Source: Candidatus Omnitrophota bacterium (GTDB lineage Bacteria > Omnitrophota > Gorgyraeia > Zapsychrales > Zapsychraceae). Taken from it: a stretch of DNA of 64,000 nt. Positions 47,743 to 57,082 of this stretch are shown here, in pieces. The stretch covers positions 13,774-77,773 of the forward strand of contig JAHFGL010000008.1 of the NCBI GenBank assembly GCA_023247445.1, read 5' to 3'. Positions within the stretch are counted from its first letter, which is position 1; every line of letters begins with the position of its first letter. The notes beneath the pieces were generated by a model. That model saw only the letters and a list, made by a program, of their open reading frames with translations, did not search any database and was not told the DNA's origin. A program made the position numbers and the translations under genes.

Positions 47743-48726
47743 ATGAAAAAAATTGTGTTAACCGGCGGGACAGGATTCATCGGGGCTAATTTGGCACGAC
47801 GCCTTTTGCGTGATGGACATCAAGTCCATCTCTTTGTGCGTAAAGGATGCCAAAATTGGCGCATCGATGAAATTCGCAAGGATATTGTTTTATATGAATT
47901 GGACTTTAATGATCAAGTCCAGTTAGAGAAAACTCTCAAACAAGTCAGCCCGAATTGGATATTTCATTTAGCCGCTTACGGGGCCTATTCGGTGCAAGAT
48001 AATTTGCGCCAGATGATAAGTACGAATATCCTTGCAACGGTCAATTTAGTAGAAGCCGCTTTAAAAATTGGATTTCAAGCGTTCATCAATATCGGTTCAT
48101 CATCCGAATACGGCTGGAAAGATTATCCCCCAACGGAAACGGAATGGTTAGATCCCAATAGTCATTATGCATTAACCAAGGCTAGCTCGACGATGTTTTG
48201 CCGATACACAGCTATAGCTAGGAAGGCCAATATAATAACGCTTCGCCCCTATGCTGTATTTGGTCCTTATGAAGATTTTGGTCGATTTATGCCGACTCTT
48301 ATTGTTAAAGCTTTGGATGGTTATTTGCCGCATTTGGTAAATCCACGCGTCGCCCGTGATTTTCTTTATGTGGATGATTTTGTGGAAGCTTGTATCTTGG
48401 CCGCGACCCATATCAATCAAGAGCCCGGTTCTATTTATAATTGCGGCACAGGAATTCAAACAACTATTCAAGAGGTTGTTGAATTAGCCAAGCGCTTACT
48501 GCCTATTATCGATGAACCAAAGTGGGGATCTATGGAAAACAGAATTTGGGATACGCAAGTCTGGGTCAGCGACACTCAGCGAATACAAGAAGTTTTAGGT
48601 TGGCGCCCGCGTTATAATTTAGAGGAAGGATTTAAATGTATGATTTCTTGGTTTAGGGATAATCCATCATTTTTGAAGATTTATAAAAACATTATTAGCC
48701 CCGAAAGGATCCAGCAAGAAGCATGA
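47743..48726 (+). CDS. NAD-dependent epimerase/dehydratase/reductase (extended SDR)
   Basis: TGGTGFIG, GSSSEYG, YALTK, RDFLYVDD. Confidence 0.88.
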   Translation: MKKIVLTGGTGFIGANLARRLLRDGHQVHLFVRKGCQNWRIDEIRKDIVLYELDFNDQVQLEKTLKQVSPNWIFHLAAYGAYSVQDNLRQMISTNILATVNLVEAALKIGFQAFINIGSSSEYGWKDYPPTETEWLDPNSHYALTKASSTMFCRYTAIARKANIITLRPYAVFGPYEDFGRFMPTLIVKALDGYLPHLVNPRVARDFLYVDDFVEACILAATHINQEPGSIYNCGTGIQTTIQEVVELAKRLLPIIDEPKWGSMENRIWDTQVWVSDTQRIQEVLGWRPRYNLEEGFKCMISWFRDNPSFLKIYKNIISPERIQQEA

Positions 48727-50948
48727 AAGATTTAAAGACATTTATTCGGCAAAAATTTTCGCCTTTAACATGGGTTGGTTTAATTATTATCGGCTATGCT
48801 GTCCTCTTTTTCCGCAATGTTATGCAACCGAATTGGGTATTTGTCGGTGACACGCTCAATAATTTTGGTGTCTATTATTATCAATATGCGGGATTTGCCA
48901 GGGGTGAATATCCGCTATGGAATCCACTGGTCAGATCCGGCCAGCCGGAGATCATCCATCAAGGTATGCAGTTGGCAAATCCCATTTCTAATATGGTGAT
49001 GCTTATTTCTGTTTTAAGTGGAATTCAAAGCATAATTTTTTCTTACGCCATCTGCATCTTTGTTTATATTGCACTCTATGTCTCAGGGGTTTATTTGCTG
49101 GTTTCCTGCTGGACGAATAACCGTTATGCCGGGGTTTTTGCGTCTTTTTTAGCGATAGGTTCTTCCACGGTTTTCTATGGTACGTACCACGTGTCCTTTA
49201 TTCTTATGGTTCATGCGGTCCCATGGATATTTTACTCTTTTATGATGTATTTTCGAACGTTTCGATTTAAATATTTACTTATTTTTATTTTAGCGAGCAT
49301 CTCGATGTTATATTCCTATGAATTTTTTCTGGGGGGCGCATATATTCTAATGCTTTCAGTCGCGCTAATGTTTTTTTATTATAAAAAACTACCAGGTGTT
49401 GTTGACACATTTAAAAAAATTCCACTTCGGCATATAGTGATTGCGGCGGGTATTTTGGTTATCGCCATACTTCCCAATTTAATTATATTTACGCAGCTAA
49501 GAGAGAAATTTCTGGTTTTTTCAAGGTTAAGCAATGTTAATCTAACGGAACAATACACCTTAACGTTCCAGAATTTGTTTCATGGCAGACATTTTTCATT
49601 CCCGATTATTTTCTCCGGATTTTGGGCGTCGCTATTTACCGGGGTCTTTAGAAATACTTTTGAATCTCTGCGGCATTACGTTGGGCCTTTAACTTTTCCT
49701 TTCATTCTTCTCGCGTTATTCTCTAAAAAAAAAATTGTCTGGTGCCTAGTCTTATCGGGGATTCTTATTGCGATGCTGGCCGGAAATATTTTTCCCGCTA
49801 ATCTTCTTCTAGAACTACCCATTTTTTCTCTTATAGGCAATGCCCATTTTTTGTTACAATTTTTTGTTCTCGTTTTAATTGTTATTGCTGGTTTTGGTTT
49901 TGATGTCCTGATTCAGGAAAAGGATAAAAAGGTATTTAACGCCGCTTCTATCTTGTTAATCCTTATATCATTTATAATACTCTTTTCACGATTTGTTTCT
50001 TCTCCTTATAATGATGGGATTTTATGGATAACAATTGTATCAATTTTAGGAAGTCTTTTGCTTGTCAATTTTTGTCCATCAAGATTTTTTATCCATTCTT
50101 TTTTTGCTTTAGCCTTTATAACTACTTTGCTATCGGTGTTTTGGATTTTTCATCTGCCGATGTCGGGCTATATAAGCCGTAACCCTTCAACGGCTATTGT
50201 TTCCAACCGTTCGGATTATTCTCTGCAATTCCAATACGAAAGACCGCGGGATATCGAAACGATTAAACTATCCAATGAATCCGCATCTTTTGGATACGAC
50301 GAATTTTCTTCTTATGTAACTTTAAAAGATAATTCGTATAAAACAGCAAAAGGAGTTGAGGGGGGGCTTTCCACTTACCCGGTCATGCAATCCTATTATT
50401 TGTTTTTATTTCTGCCATGGCATGAAGGAATCATGAGTAAAAAATTTTTCTTTTTCCCACGGTCCTATATCTCCGATAACCCAAAACAGATGATCGCATT
50501 CCGGGATGTCCGTGTTCTTTCTGCCATGCTTGCTCAAGGCATAGGAATCGTCGATAAACTTAAGAATACAGATATTTCTCTTGGGCCTTTTTATCCGGAA
50601 TCTGCTGCAGGTTTGGTCAATAAGACTTTTGAAAACAAGTGGGATGTTCATGTAACCGAATATAAGGCAAATAGTCTGCGGGCTAGTGTGTCTATAAAAC
50701 AGCCTGGTCTATTTATGTATACAGACCTTTGGGATAATGGGTGGAGAGTGCGTGTGGATGGAAAAGAAGCGCCTTTGAGAAAAGTCTTTCATACATTTAA
50801 GGGTGTTGAACTGCCGGTGGGAATTCATGAAATTTTATTTTATTACAACAATCAACTTTTCTTTTTTATTATGCTTATGAATGCCACTTTCATTTTGTGT
50901 GTTTTATTGCTAATCTTTAATAGAAGAGGGCTGGAAGCAATTTCTTAA
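48723..50948 (+). CDS. YfhO-like polytopic membrane protein (GT-C glycosyltransferase candidate)
   Basis: GEYPLWNP...SGQP near the N-terminus, many TM segments, C-terminal D.W..GWRVRVDG...GVELPVGIH. Confidence 0.7.
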   Translation: MKDLKTFIRQKFSPLTWVGLIIIGYAVLFFRNVMQPNWVFVGDTLNNFGVYYYQYAGFARGEYPLWNPLVRSGQPEIIHQGMQLANPISNMVMLISVLSGIQSIIFSYAICIFVYIALYVSGVYLLVSCWTNNRYAGVFASFLAIGSSTVFYGTYHVSFILMVHAVPWIFYSFMMYFRTFRFKYLLIFILASISMLYSYEFFLGGAYILMLSVALMFFYYKKLPGVVDTFKKIPLRHIVIAAGILVIAILPNLIIFTQLREKFLVFSRLSNVNLTEQYTLTFQNLFHGRHFSFPIIFSGFWASLFTGVFRNTFESLRHYVGPLTFPFILLALFSKKKIVWCLVLSGILIAMLAGNIFPANLLLELPIFSLIGNAHFLLQFFVLVLIVIAGFGFDVLIQEKDKKVFNAASILLILISFIILFSRFVSSPYNDGILWITIVSILGSLLLVNFCPSRFFIHSFFALAFITTLLSVFWIFHLPMSGYISRNPSTAIVSNRSDYSLQFQYERPRDIETIKLSNESASFGYDEFSSYVTLKDNSYKTAKGVEGGLSTYPVMQSYYLFLFLPWHEGIMSKKFFFFPRSYISDNPKQMIAFRDVRVLSAMLAQGIGIVDKLKNTDISLGPFYPESAAGLVNKTFENKWDVHVTEYKANSLRASVSIKQPGLFMYTDLWDNGWRVRVDGKEAPLRKVFHTFKGVELPVGIHEILFYYNNQLFFFIMLMNATFILCVLLLIFNRRGLEAIS

Positions 50949-50965
50949 CGAAGCACAAATTTTAT

Positions 50966-51009
50966 ATGAAAAGAATATTAGTCGCTGGTGGTTGCAGATT
51001 TTAGGTTCA
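50966..51009 (+). pseudogene. Remnant 5' end of an NAD-dependent epimerase gene
   Basis: ATG AAA AGA ATA TTA GTC GCT GGT GGT TGC AGA TTT TAG; restoring one T gives MKRILVAGGCRFLGS, matching the SDR start MKxILVTGGAGFxGS. Confidence 0.6.
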
Positions 51010-51064
51010 AGAAAGCCAGGGGTTAAAGGTCATTTAATATTTCCATTAATATTTCAATTATTCC

Positions 51065-51093
51065 TTGACAATACTTTTGGGCACGAGTATAGT
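51065..51093 (+). promoter_or_regulatory. Sigma70-type promoter
   Basis: TTGACA (51065-51070), 17-bp spacer, TATAGT (51088-51093); AT-rich upstream; AAAGGAG SD at 51127-51133. Confidence 0.8.
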
Positions 51094-51134
51094 ACATCTT
51101 ATATTTAATAAAAAATTTTAAAAGATAAAGGAGA

Positions 51135-52769
51135 TTGATGTTACTAATTAATCCTTGTCAAGAAAAATTCGGCGGTTTTCTCTCTCGTTATATGCAAGTC
51201 GGCATCCCAGTTGCCATAGGTATTATATGCGCCTACATGGAAAAATATGGTGTTAAAACTAAGGTTTTTGATGAGGAAATTGCAGAACTTACTCCTTCTA
51301 TCTTGAATGATCTTGTCAAAGATATGGAAAAGCCTTATGTTTTCGGCTTTACCTGTATGACCGCCCATGTTGTACGTGGTTATCAATTGACTAAAATGTT
51401 AAAAACACTTTATCCGGATTGCTATGTGATTGCCGGAGGTCTCCAGGCAACCGCTTTACCGGAAGAACCATTATCTTACGGGGTCGATTTTGTTATCCGC
51501 GGCGAAGGTGAAGAGGTCTTATTGCAGCTGTACAGGGCTATACGCGGTGATAAAGATTACACTCAGATTAAGGGGATCACCTACATGCCGGATGGTAAAG
51601 TTGTCCATAATTGTGATGCCCCGCTTATTCCTGATCTTAATTCAATTCCCATATTTCCTTACCAATATTTTGAGCACCCTAAATATGACAGAGGATTTAT
51701 GGTTTCTTCACGAGGCTGTCCATACCGCTGTAATTACTGCAGTATCCGCATGATGAATGGAACAACATACCGTTTTCTTTCTCCCGAACGTATTGTTACC
51801 GAACTGGATATTTTGATTAACAAATATGGTCAGAAACAGGTCGTGTTTTATGATGATAATTTTTGTTTCAAAAAACGTCGTGTCAAGGAAGTCTGTGATG
51901 CGATCATTAAAGCAGACCTGCATAAAAAATGCGCCTTTTCAATCCAGACCCGCGCAGACAATTTCTATCCTGATGTTGTTCCCATGATGGCTGAAGCCGG
52001 ATTTAAACATGCGGGATTTGGGATGGAAACAGGTATTGACCGGTTGCATCATATTATTAACAAAGAAGAAACCGTCCAGCAGCACCGCGATGCCGTCAAT
52101 CTGGCTAAAAAATACGGCATGACAACTGCTCTTTTTATGATTTTCGGCTTGCCAACAGAAACTCACGAAGATCGTAGGGAATCATTTAAGATCGTTGACT
52201 CCATGGGAACAACGGAATCTAAATATAATAATTTGATTCCTTATCCAGGAACACCAATGTATAAAACTTTAAGCACTAACGATCGGATTCATATTCAACC
52301 GGCTTGGGCAAATTTTATCAGTACTCTCTCGATAACGCGCAGTATTTTTGATAAGACGCCGCTTCCTTATGTTCCTGATTCAGCTTCAGAATGGGAACTT
52401 AAACGAGATATTATTTTATTTAATTTAAAAACATATTTTACTCCGCGAGTTATGTTCAGCATAGTAACCGGTAAAAAGGGGATGGGATGGACGAAGTTGC
52501 CTGCTCGTTGGTACTTGAATCCCGTGGAGCTTTATCATCTAACGAAAACCGTTTTTGCATTAATGACCAATTTGATTATTGCCGTTTTGCCTTTGTGGAT
52601 AACCGAACCTATTATGTGTGCGTTTAATCCTGTTTTAAGAAGACGTCAACGCATTCCTAATGCGCCCAAAGAAGCAGAAATTGAAGGTTGGGACGCTGTT
52701 TCCGCAGTACGTTACCGTCCTGGTCCTGTTACTCAAGTCAAAGAAAAGTCTCAACCTGCCTTAACTTAG
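51135..52769 (+). CDS. B12-binding-domain radical SAM protein
   Basis: PVAIG, AGG.QAT, RGEGE, SRGCPYRCNYC, DDNF, GMETG, PYPGT (ATG alternative at 51138). Confidence 0.88.
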   Translation: MMLLINPCQEKFGGFLSRYMQVGIPVAIGIICAYMEKYGVKTKVFDEEIAELTPSILNDLVKDMEKPYVFGFTCMTAHVVRGYQLTKMLKTLYPDCYVIAGGLQATALPEEPLSYGVDFVIRGEGEEVLLQLYRAIRGDKDYTQIKGITYMPDGKVVHNCDAPLIPDLNSIPIFPYQYFEHPKYDRGFMVSSRGCPYRCNYCSIRMMNGTTYRFLSPERIVTELDILINKYGQKQVVFYDDNFCFKKRRVKEVCDAIIKADLHKKCAFSIQTRADNFYPDVVPMMAEAGFKHAGFGMETGIDRLHHIINKEETVQQHRDAVNLAKKYGMTTALFMIFGLPTETHEDRRESFKIVDSMGTTESKYNNLIPYPGTPMYKTLSTNDRIHIQPAWANFISTLSITRSIFDKTPLPYVPDSASEWELKRDIILFNLKTYFTPRVMFSIVTGKKGMGWTKLPARWYLNPVELYHLTKTVFALMTNLIIAVLPLWITEPIMCAFNPVLRRRQRIPNAPKEAEIEGWDAVSAVRYRPGPVTQVKEKSQPALT

Positions 52770-52816
52770 TTAATTAGAATTCCGAAAAATATCTTATTAA
52801 ATGGAGGTCACCTTGT

Positions 52817-53590
52817 ATGAAAGTCGTTATTCTCTGCGGCGGGCAGGGTATGCGGTTAAGGGAAGAAACAGAAGTTAGACCTAAGCCAATGATCTCTATC
52901 GGGGGCATGCCTGTTTTATGGCACATCATGAAGACATATGCCTATTATGGATTTAAGGATTTCATTCTTTGTCTGGGGTATAAAGGAGAAGCCATTAAGG
53001 AATATTTTTATAACTATGAAATGTTATCCAATAATTTTACGATTGAACTTGGCACCAAAAATATTGAATTTTACCCAAAGCATGATGAAAATGGTTGGAG
53101 AGTAACTTTAGTGGACACGGGGCTTCAAGCGATGACAGGCGCCCGGGTTAAGAGAATAGAAAAATTCATCGATTCAGATATCTTTATGCTCACTTACGGC
53201 GATGGTGTCACAGACTTAAACATTAATACTTTGGTGAAATTTCATCAAGCGCATGGGAAAATTGGAACAGTGACGGGAGTATTCCCGCAATCGCGTTATG
53301 GTGAGCTTTCCATTCAGGACGATCATATCTTAGCCTTTGACGAGAAGCCAGTTAACCATAAAAATTTTATCAGCGGCGGCTACTTTGTCTTTAACAAAAG
53401 ATTTTTTAATTATCTCAAGGGTGATGATTCCTGTATCCTCGAACAGGAAGCAGTGCAAAAATTGGCTGCTGAGGGACAACTGAAAGTTTTTGCTCATAAC
53501 GGATTCTGGCAATGCATGGATACCTATCGGGATTATGTTTACTTACAGGACTTGTGGGAGAAAGGTAATCCTTCATGGAAAAAATGGTAA
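52817..53590 (+). CDS. rfbF: Glucose-1-phosphate cytidylyltransferase
   Basis: LCGGQGMRLREET, PKPM, VDTG, TYGDGV, GFWQCMDT. Confidence 0.92.
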   Translation: MKVVILCGGQGMRLREETEVRPKPMISIGGMPVLWHIMKTYAYYGFKDFILCLGYKGEAIKEYFYNYEMLSNNFTIELGTKNIEFYPKHDENGWRVTLVDTGLQAMTGARVKRIEKFIDSDIFMLTYGDGVTDLNINTLVKFHQAHGKIGTVTGVFPQSRYGELSIQDDHILAFDEKPVNHKNFISGGYFVFNKRFFNYLKGDDSCILEQEAVQKLAAEGQLKVFAHNGFWQCMDTYRDYVYLQDLWEKGNPSWKKW

Positions 53591-54708
53591 ATCATTCAGA
53601 ACATTTTCTGGGAGTTTATAGAAACAAAAGGGTCTTAGTCAGCGGTCATACAGGATTCAAGGGATCCTGGCTGAGCCTATGGCTTCTTAAACTGGGTGCC
53701 GATGTCGCCGGTTTTTCCAAATATCTTCCATCGCAGCCTTCTCATTTTGAAGTGACCCGGCTGCGCCAAAAAATGGTTCACTATGAAGGCGATATCTGTA
53801 ATATTAACGAGTTAAAAAGAGTGTTTAAAAAATTTCAGCCTCAGATCGTTTTTCATCTGGCGGCGCAGCCTATCGTCCGCACCGCGTACGATGCTCCTAA
53901 ATTGACCTTTGATACTAATTTGGGAGGGACCGTCAACATTTTGGAATGTATCAAAGAAAATCCCTGTGTGAAAGCAGGAGTTATCATTACAAGCGATAAG
54001 TGCTACCAAAACGTCGGCTGGGATTGGGGATATCGCGAGAGTGATCGGCTGGGAGGAGATGATCCGTATAGCGCCTCAAAGGCATGTGTGGAAATGGCGT
54101 GTCAGGCTTATTTCAAATCATTTTTTCATCAGAAAAATGCTTCTCAAATCGCCACAACGCGGGCCGGGAATGTGATCGGCGGCGGCGATTGGGCGAAAGA
54201 TAGAGTTGTTCCGGATTGCGTTAGGGCATGGAGTCGAAACAAAGTGCCTCTTATTCGTAAACCCAAGGCCACGCGGCCGTGGCAGCATGTTCTAGAGCCG
54301 GTGAGCGGTTATTTATGGTTAGGGGCCCGCCTGGTAAAGAAGCCGGAGGGATTGGCCGGCGAGGCATTCAATTTTGGGCCGGATGGAGAAATCGTCAAGT
54401 CTGTCGGAGAGCTGGTGGATACGTTTTTGCAATATTGGGGTAAAGGAAACTGGAAACACGATCCCTGGGACGGGCAAAAGAAAGAAGCTTCTTTATTAAA
54501 GTTGTCATGCGATAAGGCGTTGCGCAGACTGGCATGGCGGCCTCTTTTGAGTTTTGAGGAAACAGTCGAATTCACGGTTGAATGGTATAAAAATTATTAT
54601 CGTACTCCTAATGATGCTTACGGCTGTACAAATCGTCAAATCGATCGGTATATTTATAAAGCGATTAGTGAAAAGATGGCGTGGGCCGGTAACGGGAGCG
54701 GCCGATGA
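53575..54708 (+). CDS. rfbG: CDP-glucose 4,6-dehydratase
   Basis: GHTGFKGSWL, AAQPIV, TSDKCY, DPYSASK, RAGNVIGGGDW, RPWQHVLEP. Confidence 0.92.
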   Translation: MEKMVNHSEHFLGVYRNKRVLVSGHTGFKGSWLSLWLLKLGADVAGFSKYLPSQPSHFEVTRLRQKMVHYEGDICNINELKRVFKKFQPQIVFHLAAQPIVRTAYDAPKLTFDTNLGGTVNILECIKENPCVKAGVIITSDKCYQNVGWDWGYRESDRLGGDDPYSASKACVEMACQAYFKSFFHQKNASQIATTRAGNVIGGGDWAKDRVVPDCVRAWSRNKVPLIRKPKATRPWQHVLEPVSGYLWLGARLVKKPEGLAGEAFNFGPDGEIVKSVGELVDTFLQYWGKGNWKHDPWDGQKKEASLLKLSCDKALRRLAWRPLLSFEETVEFTVEWYKNYYRTPNDAYGCTNRQIDRYIYKAISEKMAWAGNGSGR

Positions 54709-55154
54709 TCGAAGGTGTAAGAATCGAGCCCCGTAAAATATTACCTTACGAAAAGGGCGACGTGATGCAGATGTTGCGCGCTGATGAAAATTTTTTAAAA
54801 CAGTTTGGGGAGATATATTTCTCGTTTATTCATCCTGGCTTTGTCAAAGGATGGAAAAAGCATCAAAAACAGACCCAGCATTTTGTGGTGCCCGTTGGTA
54901 CAATCAAGCTGGTCTTGTACGATGATCGGCTTTTTTCGCGAACCAAAGGACAGTTGCAGGAAATAGAATTAGGAAGATCAAGATATCAATTAGTACGCAT
55001 ACCTCCCGAAGTGTGGTATGCCTTTCAGTCCATAGGTCAAGAAAGTGCCCTCATCGCTAATTGCACGGACATACCTCATGATCCCGCGGAAGCTGTAACA
55101 ATCGACCTTACTGATCAAACTGTTCCTTATACGTGGGATTTGGTAAAACGATGA
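54705..55154 (+). CDS. RmlC-like cupin NDP-4-keto-6-deoxyhexose epimerase
   Basis: FGEIYFS, VKGWKKH, LYDDR, IPPEVWYAF, PHDP. Confidence 0.8.
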   Translation: MIEGVRIEPRKILPYEKGDVMQMLRADENFLKQFGEIYFSFIHPGFVKGWKKHQKQTQHFVVPVGTIKLVLYDDRLFSRTKGQLQEIELGRSRYQLVRIPPEVWYAFQSIGQESALIANCTDIPHDPAEAVTIDLTDQTVPYTWDLVKR

Positions 55155-56113
55155 GCATTTTGATCACAGGAGGGCTCGGATATATAGGCGGACGGTTAGC
55201 ATTTTTTTTAAAAGAAGAGACGAATGAAAAAATCTATCTGACCACAACAAGAGAGAAAGAACAATTACCGGTATGGGCTGAAAAATTCAATGTGTTGGCA
55301 ATGAATTTAGAGGATAAAGATTCGATTGGACACTGCCTTAAACAGGTCAGAGTGGATACGATCATTCATCTGGGAGCCATGAATCAAGCGCAGTGTCAAA
55401 AAAATCCTGAACCGGCTGTAGATGTGAATGTGAAAGGAACAGAACGATTATTGGAGGCTGCTCTTTTTAATGGACTAAAACGTTTTATCTATTTATCGAC
55501 ATTTCATGTTTATGGAAAATTTTCGGGCGAGATTACGGAGCAGACGTTAACTTCTCCAGGTAATCCATATTCGCTGAGCAAACGCGCTGCAGAAGATGTT
55601 ATAAGTGATTACCGAAATTCCCATAATCTTCAAACTCTCATTTTAAGATTGTCTAATGTCTATGGCTATCCGATGGATCGTAACGTCAACGCGTGGTCGC
55701 TTGCCTTTAATGCGTTTTGCCGTCAGGTGATGGCCGGTGGTCAGTTGGTCGTCCAATCCAACCCGTATCGGGATTTTATTCCCATGAGGGACGTTGTGAG
55801 AGCGGTTCATCATTTTCTTTTTATTGTCCCCGCTGAGGACTGGGCAGATGGTTTATTTAATTTAGGAGGGGATTGTTGTTTGTCTATTTCTCAAGTAGCC
55901 GACCACGTGGCTGCGGTTTACCAAAGAAAATATAATAAGGCGCTAATTTCCATCGAATATCCTACAAAAGGCGGCCAAAATCCGCAAGATCAACCCTTTC
56001 AATACAATGTCGATAAATTAAAGCGCACGGGATTTAAATGGGTTAACAACATGGAAGAGGAAATTACGAAGACCTTGGTGTTGTGTGAAGAATTTCAAAA
56101 TAAAAGAGCATAA
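55151..56113 (+). CDS. NAD-dependent epimerase/reductase (extended SDR)
   Basis: TGGLGYIG, STFHVYG, PYSLSK, RLSNVYG, RDF; ATGA overlap. Confidence 0.85.
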   Translation: MSILITGGLGYIGGRLAFFLKEETNEKIYLTTTREKEQLPVWAEKFNVLAMNLEDKDSIGHCLKQVRVDTIIHLGAMNQAQCQKNPEPAVDVNVKGTERLLEAALFNGLKRFIYLSTFHVYGKFSGEITEQTLTSPGNPYSLSKRAAEDVISDYRNSHNLQTLILRLSNVYGYPMDRNVNAWSLAFNAFCRQVMAGGQLVVQSNPYRDFIPMRDVVRAVHHFLFIVPAEDWADGLFNLGGDCCLSISQVADHVAAVYQRKYNKALISIEYPTKGGQNPQDQPFQYNVDKLKRTGFKWVNNMEEEITKTLVLCEEFQNKRA

Positions 56114-56114
56114 A

Positions 56115-57080
56115 ATGTCTAGCCCGTTTATATCTGTTATTATGCCAACGTATAATCAGGCCGAATTTATCGGCGAGGCTATCGAATCGGTTTTGAATCA
56201 AACTTATCAATCTCTTGAGCTTATCGTTGTTGATAATTATTCTCAAGATAAGACCCAGGGAATTGTAGAGGCATTCAACGACCAAAGGATAAAATATTAT
56301 AAATTTTCTAATCAAGGAATCATTGCCGCCTCGCGGAATTATGGTATTCGCCAGGCGAATGGTAAGTACATCGCTTTTATTGATTCGGATGATATTTGGT
56401 TTGCCGATAAGCTAAGATTACAAATCGATATGATGGAGAATGACGAGAGCTGTCAAATGGTATTCTGCCAGTTCCAAGCCGCCGATGCGAACGGGCGGAC
56501 TTTGGGTAAGATTTTTGGTCCCAAAGATATCAAGGTCGGTGGATATATTTATGATAAATTGATTCGATACAATTTTGTTGTTTCTTCCTCGGTCGTTGTA
56601 AGAAGAATGTTTTTAAATGAAAGCGGCGGTTTTGATGAAGCGGCGAACCTGCGATGTGTCGAGGATTTTGATCTATGGCTGCGCATCGCGCGCCGCCATA
56701 AAGCCCTATTTCTTCCGAAAGTTCTGGGGATGTCTCGGATACATTCTTGTAATACGAATGTCGGCAGCCAGCGCCTGCAAAAAGCTTTGAATGTTATCGA
56801 CAAACAGCTTGCGGATGGATTTGTATCGAAACCTAGGGCCGATCGGGCAAAGGCGAATTTTTATTTCCGGGAAGGGTGGTTTTCTATCAACAGAGATACT
56901 CAATTGGCACGGTCTTGTTTTTGGAAAGCATGCGAGTTAAACGCGTATAATCCTAAAATCATTTTTTTAAGCCTGCTAGGTGCGGGAATTTCATTTTTCC
57001 CATCCCTGTATAATCGTATTAGAAAAAATGAATTAGACAAAAAAATTGCCTGGTCATTTTTCAATTCACAGAACCTTTAA
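56115..57080 (+). CDS. GT2 glycosyltransferase
   Basis: SVIMPTYN, VVDN, RNYGI, FIDSDD, EDFDLWLR. Confidence 0.9.
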   Translation: MSSPFISVIMPTYNQAEFIGEAIESVLNQTYQSLELIVVDNYSQDKTQGIVEAFNDQRIKYYKFSNQGIIAASRNYGIRQANGKYIAFIDSDDIWFADKLRLQIDMMENDESCQMVFCQFQAADANGRTLGKIFGPKDIKVGGYIYDKLIRYNFVVSSSVVVRRMFLNESGGFDEAANLRCVEDFDLWLRIARRHKALFLPKVLGMSRIHSCNTNVGSQRLQKALNVIDKQLADGFVSKPRADRAKANFYFREGWFSINRDTQLARSCFWKACELNAYNPKIIFLSLLGAGISFFPSLYNRIRKNELDKKIAWSFFNSQNL

Positions 57081-57082
57081 AT

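Noticed and set aside
49725-49734. A10 homopolymer (also G7 at 50360-50366 and T9 at 43352-43360) as phase-variation tracts
   Set aside because: Frames are intact, A/T runs are common in this AT-rich DNA, and no read-level length variation is available
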